32,000 bases of DNA from Sedimentisphaera cyanobacteriorum (GCF_001997385.1 NZ_CP019633.1:150001-182000), one strand, 5' to 3'. Shown: positions 10,005-19,356, numbered from the stretch's first letter. A program made the numbers and translations. The notes: generated from the sequence alone by a model not told the origin.

Positions 10005-10976
10005 ATGGGAATTAATATGATACGCAGATTTACTAAATTACTTTTGCCGCTTCTGGTTGCCGCATTTTTTATAGCCGGCTGCCAAGACCCTAAGAAAATT
10101 TATGTCGAGGCCGTTGAACTGGATGAGAAAGGCCAGTCCGATCAGGCAATAGAAACTTTGGATGAAGCTATAAAGGCAGACTCTGAATTTTCAGATGCAT
10201 ATTCCCTTAAAGGAGATATCTTTCAGCGTCAGGGAAAGCTTGAGCAAAGCTCTCAGGCCTATGAGCAGGCTGTGAAATATAATCCTGTTTCCTTCAAGGA
10301 TTTGTACAATCTCGGCAAAGTTAATTATGCCTTGGACAGGTACGAAAAAGCTATAGGAGCTTTCGTTCGTGCTTTGGAGCTTCATCCTGAAAGCTACGAT
10401 GCCAACTACTTCACAGCCAAAACCTATTACAAGCTTGAAGACTATGAGAAGGCATTGAATTACGCCACCGAGGCGAGGCTTATCAGCCCTGATAACACCG
10501 AGCTTGAAATCCTTTTCGGCGATATCTACACCGCAACGAGCAATTACGAAACAGCGATCGCTGAATATAGAAGGGCTCTCGAGCGTGAAGGCAATAAGCC
10601 GGAGATTATGATTCCTCTCGGCCTTGCATACATAAGAAGCGGGAGCTTTGATGTTGCAAGGGAGCTGCTGAATGAGACGATAAGGGTAGCCCCAGACGAC
10701 CACAGAATCTATCAGTATCTCGGGTATCTCGATCTTCGCGCAAAAGATTTCGAGGCCTCTATCGAGAACTACAGGGTTGCAAGTTCGCTAAAACCCGGCG
10801 ATCAGCTCTCTCTGAAGGGCTCGGGTGTGGCATACATATTGAAAGGATTCAGGGATAAAGACCCTGTAATCAAAGATAAAGGAATACAGCAGTGGCGTGT
10901 TGCCTTGAGGCTTCAGCCAGACCAGCCCGGGCTTAGAAGACTTATAAGAAAGTATTCTAAGGTCAAGGTGCAGTAG
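10005..10976 (+). CDS. TPR-repeat lipoprotein
   Basis: Signal peptide with lipobox FFIAGC, followed by repeated TPR units (YSLKGDIFQRQGKLEQSSQAYEQAVKYNP etc). An alternative start at ATG 10017 (MIRRFTKLL) is equally plausible. Confidence 0.7.
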   Translation: MGINMIRRFTKLLLPLLVAAFFIAGCQDPKKIYVEAVELDEKGQSDQAIETLDEAIKADSEFSDAYSLKGDIFQRQGKLEQSSQAYEQAVKYNPVSFKDLYNLGKVNYALDRYEKAIGAFVRALELHPESYDANYFTAKTYYKLEDYEKALNYATEARLISPDNTELEILFGDIYTATSNYETAIAEYRRALEREGNKPEIMIPLGLAYIRSGSFDVARELLNETIRVAPDDHRIYQYLGYLDLRAKDFEASIENYRVASSLKPGDQLSLKGSGVAYILKGFRDKDPVIKDKGIQQWRVALRLQPDQPGLRRLIRKYSKVKVQ

Positions 10977-10980
10977 AATA

Positions 10981-11508
10981 TTGTCTGCCCGCTTAAAGAA
11001 TAAGATTCCGGGAGCAAAGCAGCAGGTTGTATTTTTTCTCCTTTTTGCTGTTTTGCTGGCTGCGGATTTGGTGTCGAAATCCGCTATCTTCGAATTCCTT
11101 GCAGATAAAGAAGGATACAGTTGGCCTTTGTTAGGTGATTTTATCGCCCTTACTGCAAGAGTTAATCCTGGGGCGGCTTTCAGCATTGCCAGCGGGAGCA
11201 CTTGGCTGCTTGTGGCTGTTTCGGCAGCAGCTGTTACGGCTGCTTTAGTTATCTTTGAGCTTGGACTGGTGAAAGGAAGGTATGCTGTGCTTCTATCTGT
11301 TTTTACAGCAGGTGCAGCAGGCAATCTTTACGACAGGATATTTAACGACGGATACGTCCGAGATTTTATAGATGTGAATCTTTATGTTAATAATTATCAC
11401 TGGCCGACGTTTAATGTAGCAGATTCCTTGATGTGCATTTCAGTTGGCTTATACTTGATTTTTCATTATGCAGATGAGAGCAAAAAAAATAAGCACAATA
11501 GCAGTTAA
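10981..11508 (+). CDS. lspA: Lipoprotein signal peptidase II
   Basis: Four-TM protein with LspA motifs: NPGAAFS, GAAGNLYDRI, VRDFID, WPTFNVADS. The TTG start from the ORF track is uncertain. Confidence 0.85.
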   Translation: MSARLKNKIPGAKQQVVFFLLFAVLLAADLVSKSAIFEFLADKEGYSWPLLGDFIALTARVNPGAAFSIASGSTWLLVAVSAAAVTAALVIFELGLVKGRYAVLLSVFTAGAAGNLYDRIFNDGYVRDFIDVNLYVNNYHWPTFNVADSLMCISVGLYLIFHYADESKKNKHNSS

Positions 11509-11920
11509 ACTCTTCGCAGCAGTTTTATTGATAACTGTTCTTGCGGGCTGCGTTAACAGGGAATTGAAGGTTATTACTAATCCCGAGAATGCAGATGTTT
11601 ACCTAAACGGCGAACAGATCGGCAAGAGTCCGGCATCTGTAAACTTCAACTGGTACGGCACATACGATGTTAAGATAGCCAAAAAAGGGTTTAAGACCCT
11701 TGAGCAGACAGCAGAAATCAAAAGACCCCTCCACGATTATTTCCCTTTAGATATATTCGCGGGAATTTTCAACAGCGGGAAAACATACACATACCGCTGG
11801 CATTTTGATCTGGAAAAGGCCTCCGAACCTTCCAGAGAAGCCCTCATAGAAAGAGCTGATAATTTCGCTGAAAAGTCAGGAGCAGCCCCCAAGGATTCTC
11901 CCGATGGCTCAAAGCAGTAA
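11468..11920 (+). CDS. PEGA-domain lipoprotein
   Basis: Lipobox VLAGC, followed by a PEGA-like segment (ITNPENADVYLNGEQIGKSPASV). It overlaps the lspA 3' end by 41 nt, or 35 nt if the start is ATG 11474. Confidence 0.6.
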   Translation: MQMRAKKISTIAVKLFAAVLLITVLAGCVNRELKVITNPENADVYLNGEQIGKSPASVNFNWYGTYDVKIAKKGFKTLEQTAEIKRPLHDYFPLDIFAGIFNSGKTYTYRWHFDLEKASEPSREALIERADNFAEKSGAAPKDSPDGSKQ

Positions 11921-13112
11921 ACGCCCCGAGCTTCTCGCTCCGGCAGGCAATCTGGAAAAGCTCAAATGGGCAGTTCAATACGGCGCTGATGCCGTTTATT
12001 TCGGCTCTGAATACAGCCTGAGAAATTTTGCCGGCAATTTTTCACTCGCTCAGGCAGAACAAGGCATAAAATACCTTCACCGTTTCGGAAGAAAGGCCTA
12101 TATAACGCTGAATATTTTTCCATTTTCTGATGAGTATGATAAAATTTTATCCCTTGCCCGCAATTTTGATGAAATGAATGCCGATGCGATTATCGTCGCA
12201 GATCTCGGCGTTCTTATGATGCTCAAGCGTGAAGGGATCAGGGCAGCTGTTCATATCAGCACTCAGGCAAACACCCTCAGCTCACAGACTGCCCTCGAAT
12301 ATGCCGAGCTTGGAGCTTCAAGGGTAAACCTTGCCAGGGAGCTCTCTTTGCAGCAGATAAAAGCAATTCTGCCGGCGGTTTCAGGAAAAATACAAACAGA
12401 AGTCTTTATACACGGAGCGGTTTGTTTTTCGTATTCAGGACGCTGCGCAATCAGCGACTACCTCACAGGCCGGCGGGCAAACAGAGGCGAATGCACTCAT
12501 CCCTGCCGCTGGAAATACCATCTGATGGAGGAAGAGCGGCCAGGGGAGTATCATCCTGTTTTTGAAGACGACAGAGGCCTGTACTTCTTCAATTCCAAAG
12601 ATCTCGCTCTTTTTGAATACGTACCTGCACTGGCTGAGATAGGCGTTGATTCGATGAAAATCGAAGGCAGGATGAAATCTGTACACTACATAGGCTCGGT
12701 TGTCTCGCTATACAGAAGAATAATCGACGGAGATGAGATTAGCAGCGAAGAGGCCTTCAAGCTCCTTGGCAGGGTGAAAAACCGCGGCTACTCACGCGGA
12801 TTTATCGACGGCCCCGCAGAATCTAAGGACTGCCAGCTTGAGGACAACCATTCAACGGGCGGAACTGTTTTTGCTGCAAACGTTACAGACCAGACTTCAG
12901 ATAATGGCTGCTTTATTCGGGTACGTAATAAAATTTTCGCAGGCGAAAAGCTCGAAGTATTGCTCCCAAACGGCCGTTTATCCGAAGCAACCCTCCCAAA
13001 ACCGCTCACAGACCAGAAAGGCGAAACTCACGAATTTGCAAATAATGAACAAATCATTAGACTAACCTCTCCTCTTCCTGAGTTTTCAATCTTGAGAAGA
13101 GTATCGGAATGA
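11904..13112 (+). CDS. Peptidase U32 family protein with an Fe-S Cys motif
   Basis: U32 N-terminal pattern (ELLAPAGNLEKLKWAVQYGADAVYFG), E-x-F-x-H-G-A (TEVFIHGAVC), and a CX6CX15CX3C motif (CFSYSGRC...C THP C) as in Fe-S U32 members such as UbiU/UbiV. Confidence 0.8.
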   Translation: MAQSSKRPELLAPAGNLEKLKWAVQYGADAVYFGSEYSLRNFAGNFSLAQAEQGIKYLHRFGRKAYITLNIFPFSDEYDKILSLARNFDEMNADAIIVADLGVLMMLKREGIRAAVHISTQANTLSSQTALEYAELGASRVNLARELSLQQIKAILPAVSGKIQTEVFIHGAVCFSYSGRCAISDYLTGRRANRGECTHPCRWKYHLMEEERPGEYHPVFEDDRGLYFFNSKDLALFEYVPALAEIGVDSMKIEGRMKSVHYIGSVVSLYRRIIDGDEISSEEAFKLLGRVKNRGYSRGFIDGPAESKDCQLEDNHSTGGTVFAANVTDQTSDNGCFIRVRNKIFAGEKLEVLLPNGRLSEATLPKPLTDQKGETHEFANNEQIIRLTSPLPEFSILRRVSE

Positions 13113-13150
13113 GTATATAATGTTCTTTTGAGTTGGATCGAGAGGTTTGT

Positions 13151-14914
13151 ATGAAATTAGATCCTACGGTTATGAAAGATTGGCAGATTGCGAAAGCTGC
13201 CGAAGAGAAAATGTTAAGCATAGCTCAGCTCGCCGAAAATCTCGGCCTGAGAGAAGATGAGCTTATTTATTACGGCAAAAATCTTGCCAAGGTCGATTAT
13301 CGAAAGGTATTAGACAGAACAGAGGGGCAGAAAAAAGCTCGATACATTGATGTAACAGCTATCACCCCAACACCCCTTGGCGAAGGCAAAACCACCACAA
13401 CCATTGGGCTTGTGGACGGCCTCGGAAGGCTCGGAAAGAGCGTAGCAGGGGCGATTAGGCAGCCTTCAGGCGGCCCAACCTTCAACATCAAAGGCTCAGC
13501 AGCGGGAGGCGGACTCGCACAGTGCATACCGCTCACCCCATTCTCCCTCGGCCTTACAGGCGATATAGATAAAATCACAAACGCCCATAACCTTTGTATG
13601 GTTGCCCTAAATGCGAGAATGCAGCACGAAAACAACTACGACGACGAAAAGCTCGCCCAGAGAAATCTAAAACGCCTCGATATAGACCCCCAAAAAGTTC
13701 AGCTCAAATGGGTAATTGATTTCTGCGCTCAGGGACTGAGGAATATCCGTATGGGCATCGGCGGGAAGATGGACGGCTTCGAGATGGATTCGGGCTTTGC
13801 GATTAGTGTATCAAGTGAGATTATGGCGATTCTCGCTGTAGCAAGAGATCTCAAAGACCTGCGTGAGAGAATCGGCAAAATAGTCGCTGCATACAGCAAA
13901 TCCGGCGAAGAGATTACAACAGAAGATCTCGAGGTAGCCGGAGCTATGACAGCTTGGCTCGTTGAGGCGATAAACCCAACACTGATGCAGACAATGGAGA
14001 AAAATCCTGTTTTCGTGCATGCAGGGCCGTTTGCAAATATTGCCATAGGGCAGAGCTCTGTAATTGCAGACCGCCTCGGCTCTAATCTCGTTGATTTCCA
14101 CGTTACCGAAAGTGGCTTCGGGGCAGACATCGGCTTCGAGAAGTTTTGGAACATAAAGTGCAGATATTCCGGCCTCAAGCCCGATGCTGTTGTGCTTGTA
14201 GCAACGGTTCGCGCCCTCAAGATGCATGGAGGCGGCCCGGAGGTTAAGCCGGGCAAGCCCCTGCCCAAGGAATACACAGAGCAAAATGTGGAGCTCGTAG
14301 AGAAGGGCTGCTCAAATCTGAAAGCACATATCGAAACGGTAATAAAGAGCGGGGTAACACCCGTTGTATGCATCAACAGCTTCCATACCGACACCCCTGC
14401 AGAAATTGAAGCAATTCGCACAGCCGCAGAGGCTGCTGGTGCATACTGCGCTGTTTCAGAGCACTGGCTGAAAGGCGGAGAGGGGGCAGAAGAGCTTGCC
14501 GAAACTGTGATTAGAGCGGCTGATGAGCCCTCAGATTTCAAATTCCTCTACGATTTTGATATGCCGGTAAAGAAAAGGATTGAACTGATTGCAAAAGAGG
14601 TGTACGGTGCTGATGGTGTTGAATTTGCGCCTGAGGCAGAGGAGAGGATTCAGCAGATTGAGCAGGACCCTGACAGCTCAAAGATGGCAACCTGTATGGT
14701 TAAAACGCACCTGAGCCTCTCGCACGATCCTGCAATTAAGGGAAGGCCGGAAGGATTTACTCTCCCTGTAAGGGATATAATGGTTTATAAAGGTGCAGGG
14801 CTTATTGTCCCCATTGCCGGAACAATCAAGCTTATGCCCGGTACAGGCTCTGACCCTGCCTTCAGAAGAATCGATGTTGATACGCAGACAGGCAAAGTGG
14901 AAGGGCTGTTCTGA
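13151..14914 (+). CDS. fhs: Formate--tetrahydrofolate ligase
   Basis: Diagnostic FTHFS motifs [41 protein letters not shown] and [15 protein letters not shown] 13151 (MKLDPTV) is preferred over the TTG at 13133 given in the ORF track. Confidence 0.95.
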   Translation: MKLDPTVMKDWQIAKAAEEKMLSIAQLAENLGLREDELIYYGKNLAKVDYRKVLDRTEGQKKARYIDVTAITPTPLGEGKTTTTIGLVDGLGRLGKSVAGAIRQPSGGPTFNIKGSAAGGGLAQCIPLTPFSLGLTGDIDKITNAHNLCMVALNARMQHENNYDDEKLAQRNLKRLDIDPQKVQLKWVIDFCAQGLRNIRMGIGGKMDGFEMDSGFAISVSSEIMAILAVARDLKDLRERIGKIVAAYSKSGEEITTEDLEVAGAMTAWLVEAINPTLMQTMEKNPVFVHAGPFANIAIGQSSVIADRLGSNLVDFHVTESGFGADIGFEKFWNIKCRYSGLKPDAVVLVATVRALKMHGGGPEVKPGKPLPKEYTEQNVELVEKGCSNLKAHIETVIKSGVTPVVCINSFHTDTPAEIEAIRTAAEAAGAYCAVSEHWLKGGEGAEELAETVIRAADEPSDFKFLYDFDMPVKKRIELIAKEVYGADGVEFAPEAEERIQQIEQDPDSSKMATCMVKTHLSLSHDPAIKGRPEGFTLPVRDIMVYKGAGLIVPIAGTIKLMPGTGSDPAFRRIDVDTQTGKVEGLF

Positions 14915-14947
14915 AAATCCGCTTAGCTTTGCATCCCTTGAATCTTC

Positions 14948-14992
14948 AAAGCCGCTTAATATGGCAAGTCCTGTTGAGCGGCTTTTTGTATT
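14948..14992 (+). terminator. Possible intrinsic terminator after fhs
   Basis: AAAGCCGCT (14948-14956) pairs with AGCGGCTTT (14977-14985) and is followed by TTGTATTTTG. The 20-nt loop is large, so this is only moderate support. Confidence 0.4.
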
Positions 14993-15215
14993 TTGCTGCG
15001 ATTAGATAATCCAGCCGATAACAGTGAGAGAATGGGCTTCTTTACCGCCGGTTTTCATGTGAAAACATCACGAATTGAGAGGTTTTGCGGCCTTTTTCAA
15101 GAAAAAATTTCAAAAAATTCTGATTTTCCGGTAAAAATTCTTGATTACATTTTATCTTTTGCTATTATATATCCGTCCGAATTAGCTGTAACTTAATCAC
15201 GGAGGGTTTATTTAA

Positions 15216-15749
15216 ATGAACGACCGAGTCAGGATGATGAGGGTCAGTTTCCTTCTTGTTGTATCACTCACTATCGGTACGCTTGCGCTTCTTTTTATGG
15301 ATACAAGCAGTGATAAGCCTATCGAATTCTCCGGCTACAGCCTCAAAGCCCACACTTCCGGTGTATCTGCTATGGAAAGCGGTGATGTTTTGAGTTTGGC
15401 CAGAGGAGTAAAGTCGGCAAGATGGTCAGAGGTTGATGTCGAATTCACAGCAACGCGTTCTGGTGATTTGTCGCTGGTTGCAGAAATGAACGGCTGCGTT
15501 TCAGATGAGCAGCTCAATTACCATTTCGTAATCTGCAATAATCTCGGCGATACGCCCGACGGGCTTATCCAGCCTACACACAGGTGGAAAAACCAGAAGC
15601 CCTGTCTCCCGGACCACAGCTGGGCCGGCGAGAAAAGTACCGTAAGGGTATGCCTAATCGGCAAAGACAAAACCTCCCTGACCCCCAAACAGAAAAAGAG
15701 TCTCGAAAACCTGAAAAAAGGATTGTCCGAAGGATTCAGTGTAAGATAA
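15216..15749 (+). CDS. Membrane-anchored protein with a PGRP/Amidase_2-like domain, possibly catalytically degenerate
   Basis: GGAGGG RBS and an N-terminal TM helix. NYHFVICNNLGDTPDGLIQPTHRWKNQ ... VRVCLIGKDKTSLTPKQKKSLENL follows the YHFvI-x-nG-x-x-DG-x-I-x-x-t-x-RW-x-x-Q ... IcLiG...pT-x-x-Q layout of N-acetylmuramoyl-L-alanine amidase (Amidase_2) domains. The usual IHH(S/T) segment, however, reads VEFTAT. Confidence 0.4.
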   Translation: MNDRVRMMRVSFLLVVSLTIGTLALLFMDTSSDKPIEFSGYSLKAHTSGVSAMESGDVLSLARGVKSARWSEVDVEFTATRSGDLSLVAEMNGCVSDEQLNYHFVICNNLGDTPDGLIQPTHRWKNQKPCLPDHSWAGEKSTVRVCLIGKDKTSLTPKQKKSLENLKKGLSEGFSVR

Positions 15750-15758
15750 AGCTCAGCT

Positions 15759-16679
15759 TTAACGTTTCTTACCTGAGATTGCCTCGGCATTTCTCTTTAG
15801 TTTTTCAAGGCCGGTTCTTTCGACAACAGTTCCGCCGAAAGACGCAGAGAATGTGTCGCTGTCCATTTCCAGAATTTCATCAATCAGCAGCCATTTATTA
15901 AGCCTCTGCTTCAGGAAGCTGCTTTGCTGGTTTTCGTTGAAAGGGCATACATCGATGCACCTGTCGCAGCCGAAGAGCTCCTCGCTCAAAGCCTCTTCAG
16001 CTTCCCTGTTCATTTCGGTTTTCTTCTCGATAGTTTGAAACGAAATACACTTCGTGCAGTCAAGTAGTCCGTTTTCACCGAGTGCTCCGGAGGGGCAGGC
16101 CTCAATGCATCGCCGGCAGCTCCCGCAGCGGTTTTCGATAACTCCTTCATCAGGCTCTATTTCAAGATTGCTTATAAGCAGCCCCAGCAAAACTCGGCAT
16201 CCCTTACCCGGGATTATCAGCATCCCGTTTTTCCCGATAAACCCCAGCCCTGCAAGAACTGCTTCTGACCTTTCATTTATAGGCACTGAATCCACGCAGG
16301 CCTTGATTTTCAGATCGGATTTATACTTATTACGGATAAAATCTGCGATATTGAAAATTCTGCTTTTGATTTTGCTGTGGTAATCTTCAAAGCAGGCATA
16401 ATCGCATATTTTCCCTGCCTGCTCTGAATCGGGCTTTTCCCCCTGCGCTTTATTATAGCCTGCCGCAAACACAATCACGCTTTTTGCATCTTTAAAGAGC
16501 TTTGCGGGCGAGAAACGCTTATCTAAATTCCTTTCGAGATAACCTGTGTTCTCGTGCATCTCTGCTTCGAGCCACTTTCCAAAACGCTGGCGGTTTTCTG
16601 CTGGCAGATCTTCGGCGCTGGCAAACCCAGCCCTCAAAAATCCCTGCTCAAGTGCGTATTTTCTGATATCTTCTTTCAT
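15759..16679 (-). CDS. queG: tRNA epoxyqueuosine(34) reductase
   Basis: Two ferredoxin-type clusters (CGSCRRCIEACP, CDRCIDVCPFN) and CTKCISFQTIE, with typical QueG length and N-terminus. Confidence 0.9.
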   Translation of the reverse strand: MKEDIRKYALEQGFLRAGFASAEDLPAENRQRFGKWLEAEMHENTGYLERNLDKRFSPAKLFKDAKSVIVFAAGYNKAQGEKPDSEQAGKICDYACFEDYHSKIKSRIFNIADFIRNKYKSDLKIKACVDSVPINERSEAVLAGLGFIGKNGMLIIPGKGCRVLLGLLISNLEIEPDEGVIENRCGSCRRCIEACPSGALGENGLLDCTKCISFQTIEKKTEMNREAEEALSEELFGCDRCIDVCPFNENQQSSFLKQRLNKWLLIDEILEMDSDTFSASFGGTVVERTGLEKLKRNAEAISGKKR

Positions 16680-16781
16680 ATAAACTCTCGCAGAAAACTA
16701 AAAAATCTTAGTATCCAGAAGATATATTCTTGCGGTTTTAATCTTTTTGGCCAGATTTTTTTATAAAACCGTCTTTCGTTC

Positions 16782-16810
16782 TTGACATGCCCCTATTTTA
16801 ATTCTAAAAT
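16782..16810 (+). promoter_or_regulatory. Sigma70-type promoter candidate (TTGACA-17 nt-TAAAAT) upstream of the Hpt gene
   Basis: Perfect -35 TTGACA at 16782-16787 and TAAAAT at 16805-16810 with 17-nt spacing, in the divergent queG/Hpt intergenic region. Confidence 0.5.
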
Positions 16811-16949
16811 TTAACAAGAAAATTTTCTAATCTAAAACAAAATTAACGCTCTTTTTGTAACGTGTTATTACTTACAGGCGGTTTGCTTTTGTTTTATGAA
16901 ACATTATTCCGTTTTTTGCGGAATTAAAATACTGATAGGAGATTCGGAA

Positions 16950-17315
16950 ATGGGTTATACGGAAAGTTCTCTTGTTTCCCTCGACTCTCTCTCTGAATTC
17001 TGTGCATCTCCGGAAGTAGTAGAAGAGCTGGTGGATGTTTTTGTTGAAGACGGAAAATACTGCCTTGACAAGATCGAAGAGGGGCTTGCCGGCAAAGACT
17101 GCGGACAGGTGTGTCTTTATGCGCACCGAATCAAAGGCTCGGCAAGATACATAGCTGCAGATAAACTTGCCCAAGCCGCCTTAAATCTTGAAAACGCCTC
17201 AAAACAAACACCCTGCACAGATCTTTCGGGCTTTTTCAACGAGCTCAAAAAGGCTTTCTCCAATGTTGTGGATTATTTTGATAATTCAGACTGGAAATCC
17301 CAGATTAAAAACTGA
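16950..17315 (+). CDS. Stand-alone Hpt (histidine phosphotransfer) domain protein
   Basis: The Hpt signature AHRIKGSARYIAADKL contains the phospho-accepting His in a four-helix-sized protein. ATG 16950 lies 7 nt after AGGAGA and is preferred over the ORF-track start at 16896. Confidence 0.7.
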   Translation: MGYTESSLVSLDSLSEFCASPEVVEELVDVFVEDGKYCLDKIEEGLAGKDCGQVCLYAHRIKGSARYIAADKLAQAALNLENASKQTPCTDLSGFFNELKKAFSNVVDYFDNSDWKSQIKN

Positions 17316-17412
17316 CCCCTGATTCGCCAATACATAATCTCATTGAATCGGGAATTTTTCTGGCTTAAAAGCAGAATCTCTTGCGATTTTTGGCTTAATA
17401 TTTTTGTGTTTT

Positions 17413-17421
17413 TGTTATAAT
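17413..17421 (+). promoter_or_regulatory. Extended -10 promoter candidate (TGTTATAAT) upstream of the pgpA-uppP fusion
   Basis: TGnTATAAT match at 17413-17421, 55 nt upstream of ATG 17476. No good -35 element. Confidence 0.35.
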
Positions 17422-17475
17422 CTGCACCGTCGTTTACAGTCTTAATTAATTATTAAACGCAAGAGCAATCTATCT

Positions 17476-18855
17476 ATGAACACAAAAAGGCTTATCACCT
17501 CATGCTTCGGGCTGGGCTTTTCGCCTTTCGCCCCGGGCACTGTCGGCTCGCTTCTACCCTGCGCCGTATTCATTGCAATCGCAGCTTTAACCCCTCAGCT
17601 CTGGCCGAGCCAGCTCGCACTCGCCGGCCTTACAGTCTTCTTCTCCTGGGCTACAGCAGCATTCTCTTCGCACGCTATTCAGCTTGCCGGCAGGGAAGAC
17701 CCGTCCGAGGTGGTATCGGATGAATTCGCCGGCCAGGGGCTTGCTCTGCTCATCGGTTCATTCGTTTCCGCATTTGCCTCATATCCTTTGATAAGCATCG
17801 GAATTTTATTCCTATTGTTCCGCTTTTTCGATATAGCGAAAATCTGGCCGGCAAACCGCCTCGAGAGTCTCTTGGGCGGAATCGGCATCCTCGCAGACGA
17901 CATTATGGCCGGCCTATATGCCGGAATCATTTTCATTATTGTTTCGCTTTTCGGCTGGGTACATTCCGCAGGTGAGCTTTTAAACCCCTGCCTCTTCCAG
18001 ATCTGCGACTACCTCTCCGGCCTAAGCGGCTCTATAGGGCTCGGCTTCGTTCAGGGGCTCACAGAATTCCTCCCCGTATCCTCCTCCGGCCATCTGGTGA
18101 TGTTCGAAACATTCATCCCCAGCTTAGACCCGGAAAGCAAAGAGATGCTCCTTTTCGACCTTGCCGTACACGTAGGCACAGTGTTCTCGATTATCGTTGT
18201 ATTCCGCGAGGGCATCGCACTTTTCGCCCGCAATCTGCTAAGCTTCCATCGCACCGGCCTAAACCCAATCCAGCTGTACAAGAAGAATTTCGCTTGGCAT
18301 TTTGCCTTCTGCGCAGTGATAACAACCATTACAACAGTGGTTATATACAAGCTCTTTGAGGAGCCTCTCCAAGGCTCACGAAAGCTCTGGCTGGTATGCA
18401 TTATGTGGCTGGTAACAGCAGCCCTGCTCTACATTACAGACAAAAAGAAACGCTCTCGAATCAGATTTCACGATTTCGGAATTATAGGCGCTGTGCTGAT
18501 TGGTGTTGCACAGTCAGGAGCGATTATCCCGGGAATTTCACGCAGCGGAGCTACGATATGCGCAGCCATCCTATACGGCCTGCACCGCAAATGGGCGGTG
18601 GAATTCAGCTTTCTCATTGCGATGCCCGCCATCCTCGGCGGCGCACTTCTCACTGCTCTCGAGCATAAGGAGCTTTTCGGTGCGGGCGTGCTGACTCCGG
18701 GCGTGATTGTATCAGGGATGCTCTCGGCCTGCCTTACAGGCATCATCGCACTCAAGCTCCTGATAAAAGCAAGCAGAAAAAGAAAGCTAAAATACTTCAG
18801 CATATACTGCGTTTTTATCTCTGCGGTTTCATTTATATACCTACTGCTGAATTAG
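17476..18855 (+). CDS. Fusion protein: phosphatidylglycerophosphatase A (PgpA) domain plus undecaprenyl-diphosphate phosphatase (UppP/BacA) domain
   Basis: The N-terminal ~165 aa carry PgpA motifs GLGFSPFAPGTVGS, VVSDEFAGQ, RFFDIAKIWP and GILADDIMAGLYAG. The C-terminal ~290 aa carry UppP motifs QGLTEFLPVSSSGHL and IIPGISRSGATI. It is one uninterrupted ORF. Confidence 0.85.
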   Translation: MNTKRLITSCFGLGFSPFAPGTVGSLLPCAVFIAIAALTPQLWPSQLALAGLTVFFSWATAAFSSHAIQLAGREDPSEVVSDEFAGQGLALLIGSFVSAFASYPLISIGILFLLFRFFDIAKIWPANRLESLLGGIGILADDIMAGLYAGIIFIIVSLFGWVHSAGELLNPCLFQICDYLSGLSGSIGLGFVQGLTEFLPVSSSGHLVMFETFIPSLDPESKEMLLFDLAVHVGTVFSIIVVFREGIALFARNLLSFHRTGLNPIQLYKKNFAWHFAFCAVITTITTVVIYKLFEEPLQGSRKLWLVCIMWLVTAALLYITDKKKRSRIRFHDFGIIGAVLIGVAQSGAIIPGISRSGATICAAILYGLHRKWAVEFSFLIAMPAILGGALLTALEHKELFGAGVLTPGVIVSGMLSACLTGIIALKLLIKASRKRKLKYFSIYCVFISAVSFIYLLLN

Positions 18856-18935
18856 CTTTAAACAAGGCTCGTTTAGTGTTATCCTTTTAGCCGCAGGCGA
18901 GATGAAAAATTGAATTCAAAAAAGAAGGGATAATT

Positions 18936-19352
18936 ATGAAATCATACAGAAAACAGCTCTGGTTCGAAATTAAGCAGAGAAGACAGCTCATAAACATCAC
19001 TCCAGATCTCGAGCAGTGCCTCGCTGAGAGCGGCGTGCAGGAAGGCCTTCTCCTATGCAACGCTATGCACATAACTGCGAGCGTATTTATAAACGACGAC
19101 GAACCAGGACTCCATCAAGACTATGAAAAATGGCTCGAAAAGCTTGCTCCGGAAAAGCCCCATTCGCAGTATAAGCATAACGGCATGGAAGACAACGCAG
19201 ACGCGCACCTCAAGAGAACTGTAATGGGAAGAGAAGTGGTAGTAGCGATCACTAAAGGACGCCTCGACTTCGGACCGTGGGAACAGGTTTTCTACGGCGA
19301 ATTCGACGGCAACAGAAAGAAAAGAGTTCTCGTTAAAATTATCGGGGAATGA
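18936..19352 (+). CDS. yjbQ: YjbQ/UPF0047 family protein (secondary thiamine-phosphate synthase-like)
   Basis: Family pattern [18 protein letters not shown]...[39 protein letters not shown], with typical size (138 aa). Confidence 0.85.
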   Translation: MKSYRKQLWFEIKQRRQLINITPDLEQCLAESGVQEGLLLCNAMHITASVFINDDEPGLHQDYEKWLEKLAPEKPHSQYKHNGMEDNADAHLKRTVMGREVVVAITKGRLDFGPWEQVFYGEFDGNRKKRVLVKIIGE

Positions 19353-19356
19353 AAAA

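Noticed and set aside
13133-13150. Upstream non-ATG starts proposed by the ORF track: TTG 13133 for fhs, TTG 26361 for clpX, and the upstream ATG 16896 for Hpt.
   Set aside because: In each case a downstream ATG has a better Shine-Dalgarno and gives an N-terminus matching the family. The N-terminal extensions look like translated intergenic sequence; the clpX extension even overlaps its putative promoter.
13729-14541. 270-aa ORF antisense to fhs, plus the nested 157-aa ORF at 13811-14284.
   Set aside because: They lie fully inside the strongly supported fhs gene. The Ala/Ser/Pro-rich low-complexity translation is typical of the antisense frame of a GC-rich gene.
15051-15066. Inverted repeat GTTTTCA-TG-TGAAAAC upstream of the 15216 gene, considered as an operator.
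   Set aside because: A 7-bp-arm inverted repeat at fixed spacing is expected by chance a couple of times in 32 kb, and there is no supporting context.
14793-15196. Small ORFs (70 aa and 67 aa) in and after the fhs 3' end.
   Set aside because: One overlaps fhs out of frame and the other spans the terminator and promoter region. Neither has an RBS or domain signal.
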